Assembly (NCBI GenBank): GCA_965242725.1
Contig: CBDESZ010000025.1
Span: 32,001 to 96,000, forward strand
From: Alkalispirochaeta sp.
Lineage (GTDB): Bacteria; Spirochaetota; Spirochaetia; DSM-27196; Alkalispirochaetaceae
Direction: 5' to 3'
DNA length: 64,000 nt
The position numbers and the translations under genes are program-made. The notes under the pieces are model-generated. The model made no database searches, was not told the DNA's origin, and saw only the letters and a list, made by a program, of their open reading frames with translations. Below are positions 29,520 to 42,600 of the stretch, piece by piece. Positions within the stretch are counted from its first letter, which is position 1, and each line of letters begins with the position of its first letter.

Positions 29520-29831
29520 TCTACGACCTATGACGAGTAGGGCAATCGCGTCATTGCCGGCGTACATTGAGTAAACGGTCGATCATGGTTGTATTTGTGG
29601 CAACTCATGCCGGATTCGCATGGCAACTTGGGCAGCATGGAATACCTCTCCGGCGCCCATGAACATTCGCCGTAGATACGCTGATAGTATCACTATAATA
29701 CAAGCTTCCCCACGACGGAGTCTCGTCAATTACGTCCGGTTTGACATTTTATATAAGGTGATTCTACCAAATATTATTGTCTCGAGATTCCTGGCAGAAC
29801 CACCTTGCAGCAACGCATAGATATTTATCTT

Positions 29832-30125
29832 GGGTACTTTCTGGAGATTTTTGCTGACCAAGGACTTCGTGAGCATTTGGGAGCCGAGCTGTATAGCTGG
29901 GTCGGAGCCACGTCGGAGGTCGAGTTGCTCATACAGTTGGACGATGCAGTCATTTCGGTGGCGGTAGAGTCGTCATAACAATGCAGGAGGGGACTGAGTC
30001 TCCAAATGTGCTTCATCAAGTACGCCCCGTCTCGTGCCGTTAAAGCCGCCGGGCAAAACCATGGTCGTTCCTGACCGCTCGTAACTTTGCCATTGTATGT
30101 CTTGCAGTATCTCAAGAATAATTGA
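29832..30125 (+). pseudogene. Relic of the C-terminus (DUF4143-like) of an AAA+ ATP-binding protein
   Basis: Manual translation: GYFLEIFADQGLREHLGAELYSWVGATSEVELLIQLDDAVISVAVESS*...SLQMCFIKYAPSRAVK...*PLVTLPLY; in-frame stops at 29976 and 30072. Confidence 0.6.
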
Positions 30126-30235
30126 CCTGAAACGGCGCCTTCACGGCGATCTATCGGAGTCGGGAAAGAGACGTCGTGAAACGTGCCAGTGCGGGCAATA
30201 ACATCAGTATTTTTTTGCTGCGCTATACGATTTGT

Positions 30236-30460
30236 ATGAGTACCACCTCAGACCCATCTAAAGATCACCTATTCCGCGTCAACCTTGCCAACACCCGCCT
30301 GCCGTTTGGGTGATTCCGGGGGCAGTTGCTGATTGAAATCCCCGAACCGTACGTCTTCTGGTTTCGCGGACGGGTTTTCCTATATGAGCGTTGGGATTCG
30401 TGTTGGCTTCCCTGTACAAGATCAAGACGAACGGGTTGGATGGATAGCTTAAGCCGCTTT
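30236..30460 (+). pseudogene. Decayed second DUF3820 copy
   Basis: MSTTSDPSKDHLFRVNLANTRLPFG*FRGQLLIEIPEPYVFWFRG, frameshift, then LGFVLASLYKIKTNGLDG*LKPL. Confidence 0.85.
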
Positions 30461-30624
30461 TCAGTTAAAATCTGCCTGCCGAATCCGATCAACGACAGTA
30501 TTGACGGCGATTGTGCTCACCCTGTCTCTGGCAGTCCATGGTGTAACCGATACTCGAAGAGGCGCTCTGAGCAATAGATGAATCGGCGCCGGCGCAATAT
30601 ACTGGAGCAGTACAAGGAGATACA

Positions 30625-33600
30625 TTGCTGGACATGCAGAGACGCCCATCCCAAACTGTTTCTCCTCGTTCTCGTATTGGTCGGAGGTGGATTGAGTCGC
30701 GGGTAGTGATTGTTGTATTGCTGGGGCTGGCGCTTGTCGGCGGGGTGTGGGGGCAAAGCCAGATACCGGCGGAAGACACCAACTTCCTCGCGGTCACTGG
30801 AAATACTGACAACGGCGATACAGACGCCTACCAGGTGGTTTTTTTCCAGGTACCCAAGACGGTAACCGGTCCGTTGTATTTCGCAGTATACGACCCGGGA
30901 GTTGATGACGCGGCGGGGACTGGAGGTCCTGACACTGATCCGGACCAGGGAAATACGGGAAACTGGGAGTTTCGGCTGTATGGAGGGACCGGCACGTTGA
31001 CCGGGGACCAACGCCAAAGAAATTACACTTTCGCTGGCGGACGCCACGCGGGGCACTCAGCGTGGGACTACAATCGGGGGAGCGGGAGATGCCGCCAACA
31101 CCGATGAAACGTGGTGGTATTTTGAACCTGTGTATCCCAATGACGGCGAACTGATCGGCAATTCCTACTACTTCAAAGTATTTGCGACACATGACAACGG
31201 ATCCAAGAATGCGTTCCAGCTGGATGTGTCCTATACACCCGGGAGTAACGTCTCAGGAAACCACTGGTACGGCGGGACACCAACCGGTGTAGGTGATGTC
31301 CGTGCATTTGCGTACGCCTGGACGTTGAATCTTCTGGACAGAACAGTTGCTCCCAATAGCTGGGATCTCTACCCGTTCGTACCGGATAGCGCCAATGATA
31401 GTACCGGACAGATAACCCGTCACTTCTGGGACTTTGATGATCTCACCCTCCCCACAGACTCCGGACAACTGTTCAACAAAGATGGAGTTTCAGTTGCCAC
31501 CGGATTGACTGGCGACGGAAGTGCTGACACCAACAGCTCCTATGCTGTGACCGGTCAGAGAAACGGCACGTGGCAGTTGCGAATCACCGAGGACAATGGA
31601 GCCGAGGTCGACATCAACACTTCAATGGTCTGGTTTACCGGTACCAATCCGGTCGAAAACTACCGGACCTACGCCGCACCATACAATCCGTCGCCTGCCG
31701 ACCACGCGGTCGTGACTCCAACCACCGCCTCTGTCTTTGAGAACAACCCGGTCACGATGTATCTTCAACTTCTTGATTCCGACGGAAACGAAGCACCGTA
31801 TGTGCGCACCGTCCGGGTTACCGCGGCATCCACCGGGCCGGGAACGGTGGTCATAAACGGGGTGGATAACGATGAACTGGTCACCACCAATTCAGAAGGC
31901 TATGCAACGTTCACCGTCAATATCGCGTCGGTAGCCTCCGGTACCGAAACTGTTACCGTTACACTAACCACCGACGGCGAACTGGGCGCCAGTCGTCTGC
32001 CGGAAACCGGGACGCTTGGTACCAACGGCAGCGCAGTCCTGACCTTCAGCGATTCTGCAGATCTGTTACCAACGATGACTCACGCGGCCCTTTCATTCGA
32101 TCAGGGATCCACCGCCAACGTACCGGAAATTACCATCAGAGAAACAAACGATGGTGGTGGACCCTCCAACGTAACCGCTGCCAATGATCTCCGGATACGA
32201 ATTCCGGACACCCTTTCGGTCGCCTTCAATACCGGAGTTACCCCCGATATCACCGGAACCGGTTCCGGCAAGGTGAGACCGGTACCAGTTTTGAGTCGGA
32301 CAAAGTCTTTTTGATCAGTCTCAATGCCGATCTTGCAGACAACGAGACGCTGATAGTCGGTAATTCAACCCAGTTGGCACTGACGACAGTCAACAGTCCA
32401 AGCTCGGACTATCTGACGCTCTCTTACTCCGGGAGCGGCGGACCGTATAACATCTTTGCCAACAACTTGATCACCGTTCGTCCGGGTACTGTCAATGTCT
32501 GGGACGGAAGCACAGATTCGGATTGGGGTGATCCAGACAACTGGGCGTCTGGGACGGTTCCCAATAGCTCCACCGTCAGTGTAATTATCCCGAGTGCCGG
32601 GATCACGAACTTCCCCGTTCTGGATGCCGCCAGGTCGGTACTGAATCTGACCATTGGTGAGGGGGCTTCACTGGATCTCAACGGACAGACGCTAACCCTT
32701 GCCGGTACGATGTATAACGACGGCACTCTTATTCTTGACGGTGTGTCTGCGGAGGTCAGCGGTATCTCTGCTTTCGATGTGGACAGCGGTACAATCGAAT
32801 ATGCCGCTGCTTCCGGTGGGCCCTTTACCGGGCTCGTAACGGGCAACACCTACAACAACCTGACGATCAATTCCACACAGACATATACGCTGGACGCAGG
32901 CCTGGACGTGAATGGTGACCTTACCCTTAGCGGAGGAACCCTGAACGACGGCGGGCAGACCATTTCGGTTGCCGGTGACTGGACGGGGGGCGCAGTATTT
33001 GCCGCTACCACCGGAACGGTCCAGTTTGACGGCAGCGGGACGACGGTAGTTACCGGAGTCAACACGTTCTACAACCTCACGATTGATACACCGGGCAAAG
33101 TGGTTCGTTTTACAAATGGTCAGACACAGACGGTGAGTAATGTATTCCGTGCAGCGGGGATAAATGGCAGTCTGGTACGCCTACTCAGTACCACAAGCGG
33201 TTCGCAGTGGACACTGTCCACCAACGGTACAAACGCTGACGTCAGTTTCGCGGCTGTTCAGGATAGCTTGCTTGCGGGCACTAACGATATAAATGCGTAC
33301 TCCTCGTCAAGTCTCGGGAATAATGATGACACCATTTCCCCGCGGTGGACCTTTCCCGGGGATACCTACACCTGGACTGGCGGAACCAATCGAAACTGGA
33401 ATAACGCCGGTAACTGGGACATCGGGGATGGGACACCCGGCGACGATGGCACGCCTGACGTTGTCGACTCGGCGATCGTTCCATCTGCGCCTGCAAACCA
33501 GCCACGTTTGAACGTTGCCGCTTCCGTACGGAATCTCACGGTGCAGGCTGGCGCGTCTCTTGAAATAGACGGCAATGACCTCACCGTCGCGAACACCCTC

Positions 33601-36600
33601 ACCAACGTGGGCACCATCATTGCCCGCGGTGACGGAACCGAGACCGTTAACGCTACCCTCAACACAGACTCCGGTATCGTCCGATACATCGGTGATAATG
33701 ACGGTGTAGCAGACTCATTCGCCACGTTGCCATGTGGTGCAGACTATTACGAGCTGCAGTTTGCCAGCACCGACGCGGGAGCGGATGCGGACAGCTGGAA
33801 TATCGGGACCGCCGTTACGACTACCTATCGTCTGTCCGCAACATCGGCGGGGTCCCTCACCTTTTCAAACGTCGGCAATTCTTTGCCACGCGCCGGTGTA
33901 ACGGGAACGGCTAACCTTACCCTCGCCACTTCGGGTGCGCTGGTCATGGAAACGACAACCCTCACCGGGGCCCTTTCCCTTACCGGGGGTGGAATACTGA
34001 CGGACAGCGGTCTACTTTCCGTGGCCGGGTCCACCACCCTGGAGGTTGGCGCGGGGAACGATATTACCCTTGATGGCACGGGTTCCGGAAACTTTCTGAC
34101 CGGTCCCGTCACGGTGTCCTCCGCACGGGATGTAACATTACGTGATCAGGACGCATTGCAGATCGGTGCCTCCACAATCAGTCAACACTTCACCGTAGTA
34201 GCCGGTGGGGATATAACAAATCCCGGGGCGGTTACTGTTACCGGGACCGCCGATTTCACCACCACCGGCGGTTCCGCCATAACCCTCGACAACGCAGGCA
34301 ACAATTTCGCCACCTTCGCGGCACGCACCACCGGGACGGTGACGGTTGCAGATGCAGGTGCTATTGAACTAGGTGGAATTGACGATGGTGCCGGGGGTTC
34401 CGCCACTACCCTGATCGTCACCGCCGGCAACGCAATCACTGATTCCGGGCCTACTCTCGTTTCTGGTGTCAGTACCTTTAACGCGACCGCAAACGGCATC
34501 ATCCTAAATGATTCAGCCAATGATTTTGGTACGGTTGTTCTAAATGGTGGAGGTGACGCAACGCTGTTGGACGTAGATGACATTGTCCTTGGTGCGACCG
34601 GCGCCGCCATGGGCAATGTCACAGTTACTGCCGGCGGTGCAATTACCCAGTCCGGAATAATCGCCGCAACCAGTCTGCTTGCCACAACAACCGTTGATGG
34701 TGGTGCATTGATCAACCTCGGCACCTCCGCCAACACGATAACCACGGTGAATCTCCAGTCCCGCAATGGGGCTAACGTCATTGATGATGCCGGTGCGATC
34801 AACTATCAGGGGGGCAGCGGGTTCGCGATTGGCACCGCCGCGAATGGAGGGGCCGGAATCCGTACAACCGGTGCGCTCTCACTTACCTCAACCGGTGCGA
34901 TAACCCAGACAGGGGAAGTCCTGGCTGGTGGCACCACCACGCTCGCCGCAGGCGCGGCGAACGATATTACCCTGACAGATACCGCCAACGATTTTGGAGT
35001 TATCTCTGTCACCAGCGGCAACAACGTCTCCATCACCGATGTGAATGATGTTGACATAGGAGCGGTGACAACTGCCGGAACCTTTCTTGGCACATCTCTG
35101 GGGGGAACGGGAATCACCGTTTCCGGCGCGGTGGCTTCCGGCGGGGCCACGACATTACGTTCAGATGCCATAACGATCACCACTGGAACGATAAGTGCCG
35201 CAGCAGGCGCCGGTACCGTGTATCTGCTTCCCAATACGCTTGATACGGCGATCAGCGTTGGCGGTGCAGCGGCGTTCGACTTGACCCAGGCGGAACTTAT
35301 CGGAATCACCGCCGGTCTGATAGAGATAGGGCGTGACGCCACGCCGGTGGTGACCGCCGGAGCAGCTACACTGGTCAGTGCTGCCTCGGTTGACATCGGG
35401 ACGCGAAATCTCCGGGTTTCGACACGGAACGGCAATGACATCGTTGCCGGGGCGGTGGCGGGGCACACCCTGACCACCACCGGTACCCTGACCCTCGTGG
35501 CGGACGGTGCCATTGAAGGAACCTCCGACGATGCCGTGGCGGACCTTTCCGCAGGTACACTGGTGCTCACCGCCGGAGTCGGAACCGGTGTGGGTGACGG
35601 AATTGGAGCGACAACCCCCCTTGATATCGTGGTGGGCGCCGGTGGCATTACCGCTGATACCACCGCCTCTAATGCAAACATCGATCTGGACGTGACGAGC
35701 GGTGGGCTCTCGGTGAATTTGGTTTCCGCCGGTACCGGAACGGTCTCACTGGATGTTGCCGGGGCGATCACCTCCCTCGCGACAGATGGAACGACAGACC
35801 TATCCGGTGCCACGATCTCACTTGTCGCCGGGGCTGGAGGAACCGGTGGAATTGGCGGATCAGGGTCGGAGCTGGAAGTGTCTCCCGGCACGGGAACCCT
35901 CTCCACCTCGACTGCAGCAGCTACCGTTTCGGGAGATCAGTTCATCGATGTTATTGGCAATGTCGATATCGGCCGGATAGATGCAGCGGGTGGTTCCCGC
36001 TGGGCGGTAACGCTGCGGGCCACCGGAGACATAGACGTAGCCGCTCTCGCCAACAATGACGATACCGCGGAGATCGTTGCCGGTGCTCTGGATCTAGTTT
36101 CTGACAGAGACAACAACGGTACAGGAACGATAGGCGCTACAGCGGCGATAGAAATTGATGCCGCCGGTGATGTCAGTGCCAGTAACGGGACGAGTAACGG
36201 CGGGATCGCCCTTGAGTTTCTGAGCAACACAACAATTGGGGCGATAATCGCCGGTACCGGAACGGTAACGATCTCCAGCGCGGCAGCGACCACAGTCAAC
36301 GACAGTGCAGCCAACCCCGATACCACAACCGACATCACCGCCAGCGCACTTGTTCTGGTATCGGGAGGCTCCGTCGGTGGCACCGCAGATCTGGATCTGA
36401 ACGTCGACACTATTTCGGTCAGCGCTGCGGTTGGTGCGATTGATCTGGTCAGCAACAACGTCGCAGCCACCACGATCACCTATCTCCGTGCCCGCGGAGC
36501 GACTATCGATTTCACCCACACAACTGCTGCAGACGTAACCGTCGCGGCGGGTGCGGATGCGATAGCGAGCGGGTTTGATTTTGGTGGGGGACAGTTGGAC

Positions 36601-39600
36601 GGTGGTGCAATCACGCTCAGCGCCCCAAATGCTGTGGTAACGGTCAACGGTGAAATTGACAGTTCCACCGGTACTGGCGGAACACTTGCCATTGACGGCG
36701 CCGTTGTAACAACCGCTCCGACCGTGGGTCTGGGAAGTATCGCGATCAGTGGCGGTGGCAACCTGGTGCTCAGCTCGCCACTCACTTTCGGTGCGACGAT
36801 AACCCTCACTTCCCGGCTGGATATCATTCTTGAGGCGGCGGTAGGGACAAGCGGCGTTGCACAGGACATCACCTTTGAAGCCGACAGCGATGACAACGGC
36901 ACCGGTGGTATTTGGATAAAGGCGACAGGCCAGGCGTTTGCTACGGGTTCTGTCACACTTCGGGGATCGTCACTGGTTGATGTCGGCGCAGCCGGTCAGG
37001 CGGTGCTGATCGACGCGGATGGTGTGCCCGCTACGGCTCAGGTTCAGGCAGGAGCAGCGGGCGGAGTAACGATCAACGGCAAGAGCTCCGGGGTCGCTGA
37101 AGAGAACGTCCAGATTGACGGGGTGATATCCGGGAACGGTGCAGTGATTATCAGTGCAGCTGCAGATCTGCTCTTTGGCGCTGCAGGCGACGTCAGTTCC
37201 GGCGGCGGTACCATTACCCTTACAGCAGATATTGATGCCGACGGCAACGGTAGTTTAACCCAGTCAGATGGCTCTGTGATCAACGCCGGTGTTGGAACGA
37301 TTACCCTGAGTGGCGCTGACGGGGTAACGATTGCACAACTGGTCAGTACCGACGCAACCTCATCGGCCGTGACGATTACCGCGGACAGTGACGGTGACAA
37401 CGCAGGTGCGGTAGTGGACGGTGGCGATACCGGGGGCGTAGATATTGACGCTGCCAGCGGTGGGGTAGTTATCACTACTGCAACGGGAATCGGAGCGGTA
37501 AACGCCCTTGAGACGACGATCGCATCTGCAGATCTGCAGAACAGTACATCCGGTGCGATACAGATAGCCGAGACCGACGGACTTGCCGTTATCCGCGCAG
37601 CTCATGCGACGGGCGGAGCAATATCCGTTTCCGCTGCAGGGCTGCTATCGGTGACGACAAACGGAGTGAGCGCCGCAGGCACTGGAAACGTAGCTCTGAC
37701 TTCCACCGGAAATGACGTGGTGATCAGCGCCGCAGTCAATGGAGGCGACGGAACGATCTCTGTTGCCGCTGGCGGTGGATCGCCACTGATCCAGCTTGGC
37801 GCCGGTCTGACAACGGTCAACCGGGATATCTTATTGAACTCCCCGGTCCAGTTGACGGGAGATGTAACGCTCAGCAGCGATCTGGGTGCGGGAGATGTCA
37901 ACGTGGCGGGAACGGTGGATGCTACCGCTCCGGGCGGACAATCACTTTCGATAAGCGCCGGGACGGGAGCGATAGACCTGCAGGGCACGGTCGGGACGAC
38001 AGCTCTCAGCGCCGTGACGGTGAACTCCGCAGACACCGCACGCTTTGGTAGTACTGTGACGACAACCGGTGCGCAGTCGGTTACCGCAACCACCATCCAG
38101 ACCAATGGTACCCATCTGACCAGCAACAACCCGATCACTTTCACAGGCGCTGTAGAATTACAGGCGGCAACGACGCTGGACACCCAGGCGACGGATGGAA
38201 CGACCGGGGATGTGAGTATCGGCGCGGTGACGGGAGCGGGTTTCGACCTGACGGTGGACACGGGACACTTTGCGGGCGCGGACATTTCGGTGACGAGCGT
38301 GGCGAATGTGGGCGTGCTGACGATCCGGGATGCAGGAACGGCGACGTTCACCGGGAGCGTTGGAGCCACGACGGTGGCGATCACCGATGCGACGACGGAG
38401 GTGGCCTTCCAGGATGTGGTGACGGCGGATGATCTGACGGTGCCGATCGGAAGCGGCGGGTATGCGGTCTCGCTGACCGGCGACGGCAGTGAGATCACGA
38501 ATGGGGTGACCTTCGCGAATACCGGCGCGCTGACGCTCGGCGATGCGGACACGGATACGCTGACCTTCACCGGAGGCGTGACGGCAACGGCGAACAGCAG
38601 CCGGACGGTGGCGGGAGAGATTCTCACGAGCAACACCGCGCTGACGCTGGGCGCGATCACCCTTGCCGGGGACACGACGCTGGACACCCAGGCGACGACG
38701 GGAGCGGGCGACCTTACCCTTGGCGCGGTGACGGGAGCGGGCTTCGACCTGACGGTGGATACGGGACACTTTGCCGGCGCGGACATATCGGCGACGAGTG
38801 TGGCCGGTGCGGGGGTGGTGACGATCCGGGATGCAGGAACGGCGACCTTTACCGGGAGTGTTGATGCCACGACGGTTGCGATCACCGACGCGACGACGGA
38901 GGTGGCCTTCGAGGGTGCGGTGACGGCGGATGATCTGACGGTACCGGGTACGGCGACGGCATACGCGGTCTCACTGACCGGCGACGGAAGTGAGATCACG
39001 AATGGGGTGACCTTCGCGAACACCGGCGCGTTGACGCTCGGCGAAGCCGGGGAAACCCTGACCTTCACCGGAGGCGTGACGGCGACGGCGAACAGCAGCC
39101 GGACGGTGGCGGGAACAATCCGCACGAGCAACACGGCGCTGACGCTGGGGGCGATCACCCTCGCTGGGGACACGACGCTTGACACCCAGGCGAGTGACGG
39201 GACAACCGGGGACGTGAGTATCGGCGCGGTGACGGGAGCGGGCTTCGACCTGACGGTGGATACGGGACACTTTGCGGGTGCGGATATTTCGGCGACGAGC
39301 GTGGCCGGTGCGGGCGTGGTGACGATCCGGGATGCGGGAACGGCAACATTCACGGGGAGCGTTGATGCCACGACGGTGGCGATCACCGATGCGGTGACGT
39401 TGGTAGCCTTCCAGGATGTGGTGGCGGCGGATGATCTGACGGTGCCGGGTACGGCGACGGCATACGCGGTCTCGCTGACCGGAGACGGGAGCGCGATCAC
39501 GAATGGGGTAACCTTTGCAAACACGGGCGCGTTGACGCTGGGTGATGCGGACACGGATACGCTGACCTTCACCGGAGGCGTGACGGCGACGGCGAACAGC

Positions 39601-42600
39601 AGCCGGACGGTGGCGGGAGAGATTCTCACGAGTAATACGGGCCTCACCCTCGGATCGATCACCCTGGGGGCGGATACGACGCTGGACACCCAGGCGACAG
39701 ATGGAACGACCGGGGATGTGAGTATCGGCGCGGTGACGGGAGCGGGTTTCGACCTGACGGTGGACACGGGACACTTTGCGGGCGCGGACATTTCGGTGAC
39801 GAGCGTGGCGAATGTGGGCGTGCTGACGATCCGGGATGCGGGAACGGCGACCTTTACCGGGAGTGTTGGAGCCACGACGGTGGCGATCACCGATGCGGTG
39901 ACGTTGGTAGCCTTCCAGGATGTGGTGACGGCGGATGATCTGACGGTGCCGATCGGAAGCGGCGGGTATGCGGTCTCGCTGACCGGCGACGGCAGTGAGA
40001 TCACGAATGGGGTGACCTTCGCGAATACCGGCGCGCTGACGCTCGGCGATGCGGACACGGATACGCTGACCTTCACCGGAGGCGTGACGGCAACGGCGAA
40101 CAGCAGCCGGACGGTGGCGGGAGAGATTCTCACGAGCAACACCGCGCTGACGCTGGGCGCGATCACCCTTGCCGGGGACACGACGCTGGACACCCAGGCG
40201 ACGACGGGAGCGGGCGACCTTACCCTTGGCGCGGTGACGGGAGCGGGCTTCGACCTGACGGTGGATACGGGACACTTTGCCGGCGCGGACATATCGGCGA
40301 CGAGTGTGGCCGGTGCGGGGGTGGTGACGATCCGGGATGCAGGAACGGCGACCTTTACCGGGAGTGTTGATGCCACGACGGTTGCGATCACCGACGCGAC
40401 GACGGAGGTGGCCTTCGAGGGTGCGGTGACGGCGGATGATCTGACGGTACCGGGTACGGCGACGGCATACGCGGTCTCACTGACCGGCGACGGAAGTGAG
40501 ATCACGAATGGGGTGACCTTCGCGAACACCGGCGCGTTGACGCTCGGCGAAGCCGGGGAAACCCTGACCTTCACCGGAGGCGTGACGGCGACGGCGAACA
40601 GCAGCCGGACGGTGGCGGGAACAATCCGCACGAGCAACACGGCGCTGACGCTGGGGGCGATCACCCTCGCTGGGGACACGACGCTTGACACCCAGGCGAG
40701 TGACGGGACAACCGGGGACGTGAGTATCGGCGCGGTGACGGGAGCGGGCTTCGACCTGACGGTGGATACGGGACACTTTGCGGGTGCGGATATTTCGGCG
40801 ACGAGCGTGGCCGGTGCGGGCGTGGTGACGATCCGGGATGCGGGAACGGCAACATTCACGGGGAGCGTTGATGCCACGACGGTGGCGATCACCGACGCGG
40901 TGACGGAGGTGGACTTTCAGGGTGCGGTGACGGCGGATGATCTGACGGTACCGGGGACGGCGACGGCATACGCGGTCTCACTGACCGGAGACGGGAGCAC
41001 GATCACCAACGGAGTGACCTTCGCGAATACCGGTGCGCTGACGCTCGGCGAAGCCGGGGAAACTCTGACCTTCACCGGAGGCGTGACGGCGACGGAACCT
41101 GGTACGGTGACCGTGGCGGGAACGATTTCGACCGGCGGAGCAGGCGGACAGAACGTGCAACTCGGTGATGGTGATACCGCTGTGGTCTTGCAGGGCGATA
41201 CGGCAATAAGCACCGGAGCCGCGGCTATTACGCTGGGTGGTGCAGTGGATGCCGATGCGGCGGGCAATAATCGGACGCTTACGCTGAACACAACGGGCAC
41301 AACGACGTTGAGTGGAGTCGTAGGAGGCACCGAATCGCTCCTGAGTCTCACGACCAACGCGGGAGGAACCACCGCGCTCAACGGCACGGCGGTGACGACG
41401 GCGGGGGATCAGAGCTACAACGACAATGTGACAGTCGGCGCGGGATTGACGTTGGTGACAACGGCAAACGGCGATGTGGCGTTTGGAGGAACGGTAACGG
41501 GCGCCCGGGACGTGGCGATCACCACCGATGGTACGGGAGAAGTGACACTTGGCGGTGATGTGACGGTCGGAGCGACCGCGGCTGACGCCGTACGGATTAC
41601 CGCGGCGGCGATAACTCTCGCAGTCAACAGCGATATCAGTACGGCAGCGGTGGACGGAGATATCACGTTGACCGTTGACGGACTGAATCTTGACGGGACG
41701 AACACGGTTGATGCGGGGACCGGGACGGTAACGCTGACGCCACGGACCGCCTCGTATACCGTGGAGTTTGGCGATACCGATAGCGTGTTATCGACGGACG
41801 TCTATTACAGTTCGGCGTGGAATGGTTTTACGGCGGGGTCGTTCACAGTGGGGGCGGCAGGTCACGACGGTGATATCGTGCTGACAGGCGTCGCCGGAGC
41901 GCCATATTCCCTTGATGTGATCAATGGGATTACGGGCGGAATCCGGGTTGGAGCGGACTATACGGCAAGCGACGAAGATCTCACGCTGGATGCGGGCAGC
42001 GGGGGAATTGAGATTGGGAATAATGCGGTCGCGATCAATCTCGGAACGGGAAGCCTCACGGCGGTCGATGCTCTGACCCTTACCGGTGATGCCACGATAA
42101 CGGCAAATGGAGGCGTCGACTTTCAATCGACGGTGGACGGTCCCCAGGCGGTAACGGTGAACAGCGTTGGGACAACGACCTTTGCCGATGTGATCGGATC
42201 GACAACGGCACTTGCGGCCGTCACAACGAATACCGGCGGAACGGCGAACATCAACGGCGGCGAAGTGACCACGACGGGAAACCAGGACTTTGGTGATAAC
42301 GTTGTCCTGGCCGCAGACACTACATTTACTGCGAATGCGGGGAGCGAAGTGCGCTTCCGAGGAATCCTCGGCGGCGGTGGGACGGCCCGAAGTGTGACGG
42401 TAACGACGGCGAACGCACGATTTGACGGCGCGGTAGGTGGCGCGGGGAACCTCATTTCAACGCTTGATGTAGACGGGACGACGCGGATCGACGCGGCGTC
42501 GATCACAACATCAGGTACGCAAACATACATCGGGGCGGTAACGGTGGGTTCGAATACGACGCTGAGTGCGGGAAGCTCGACGATCAACGCCGGAGCGACG

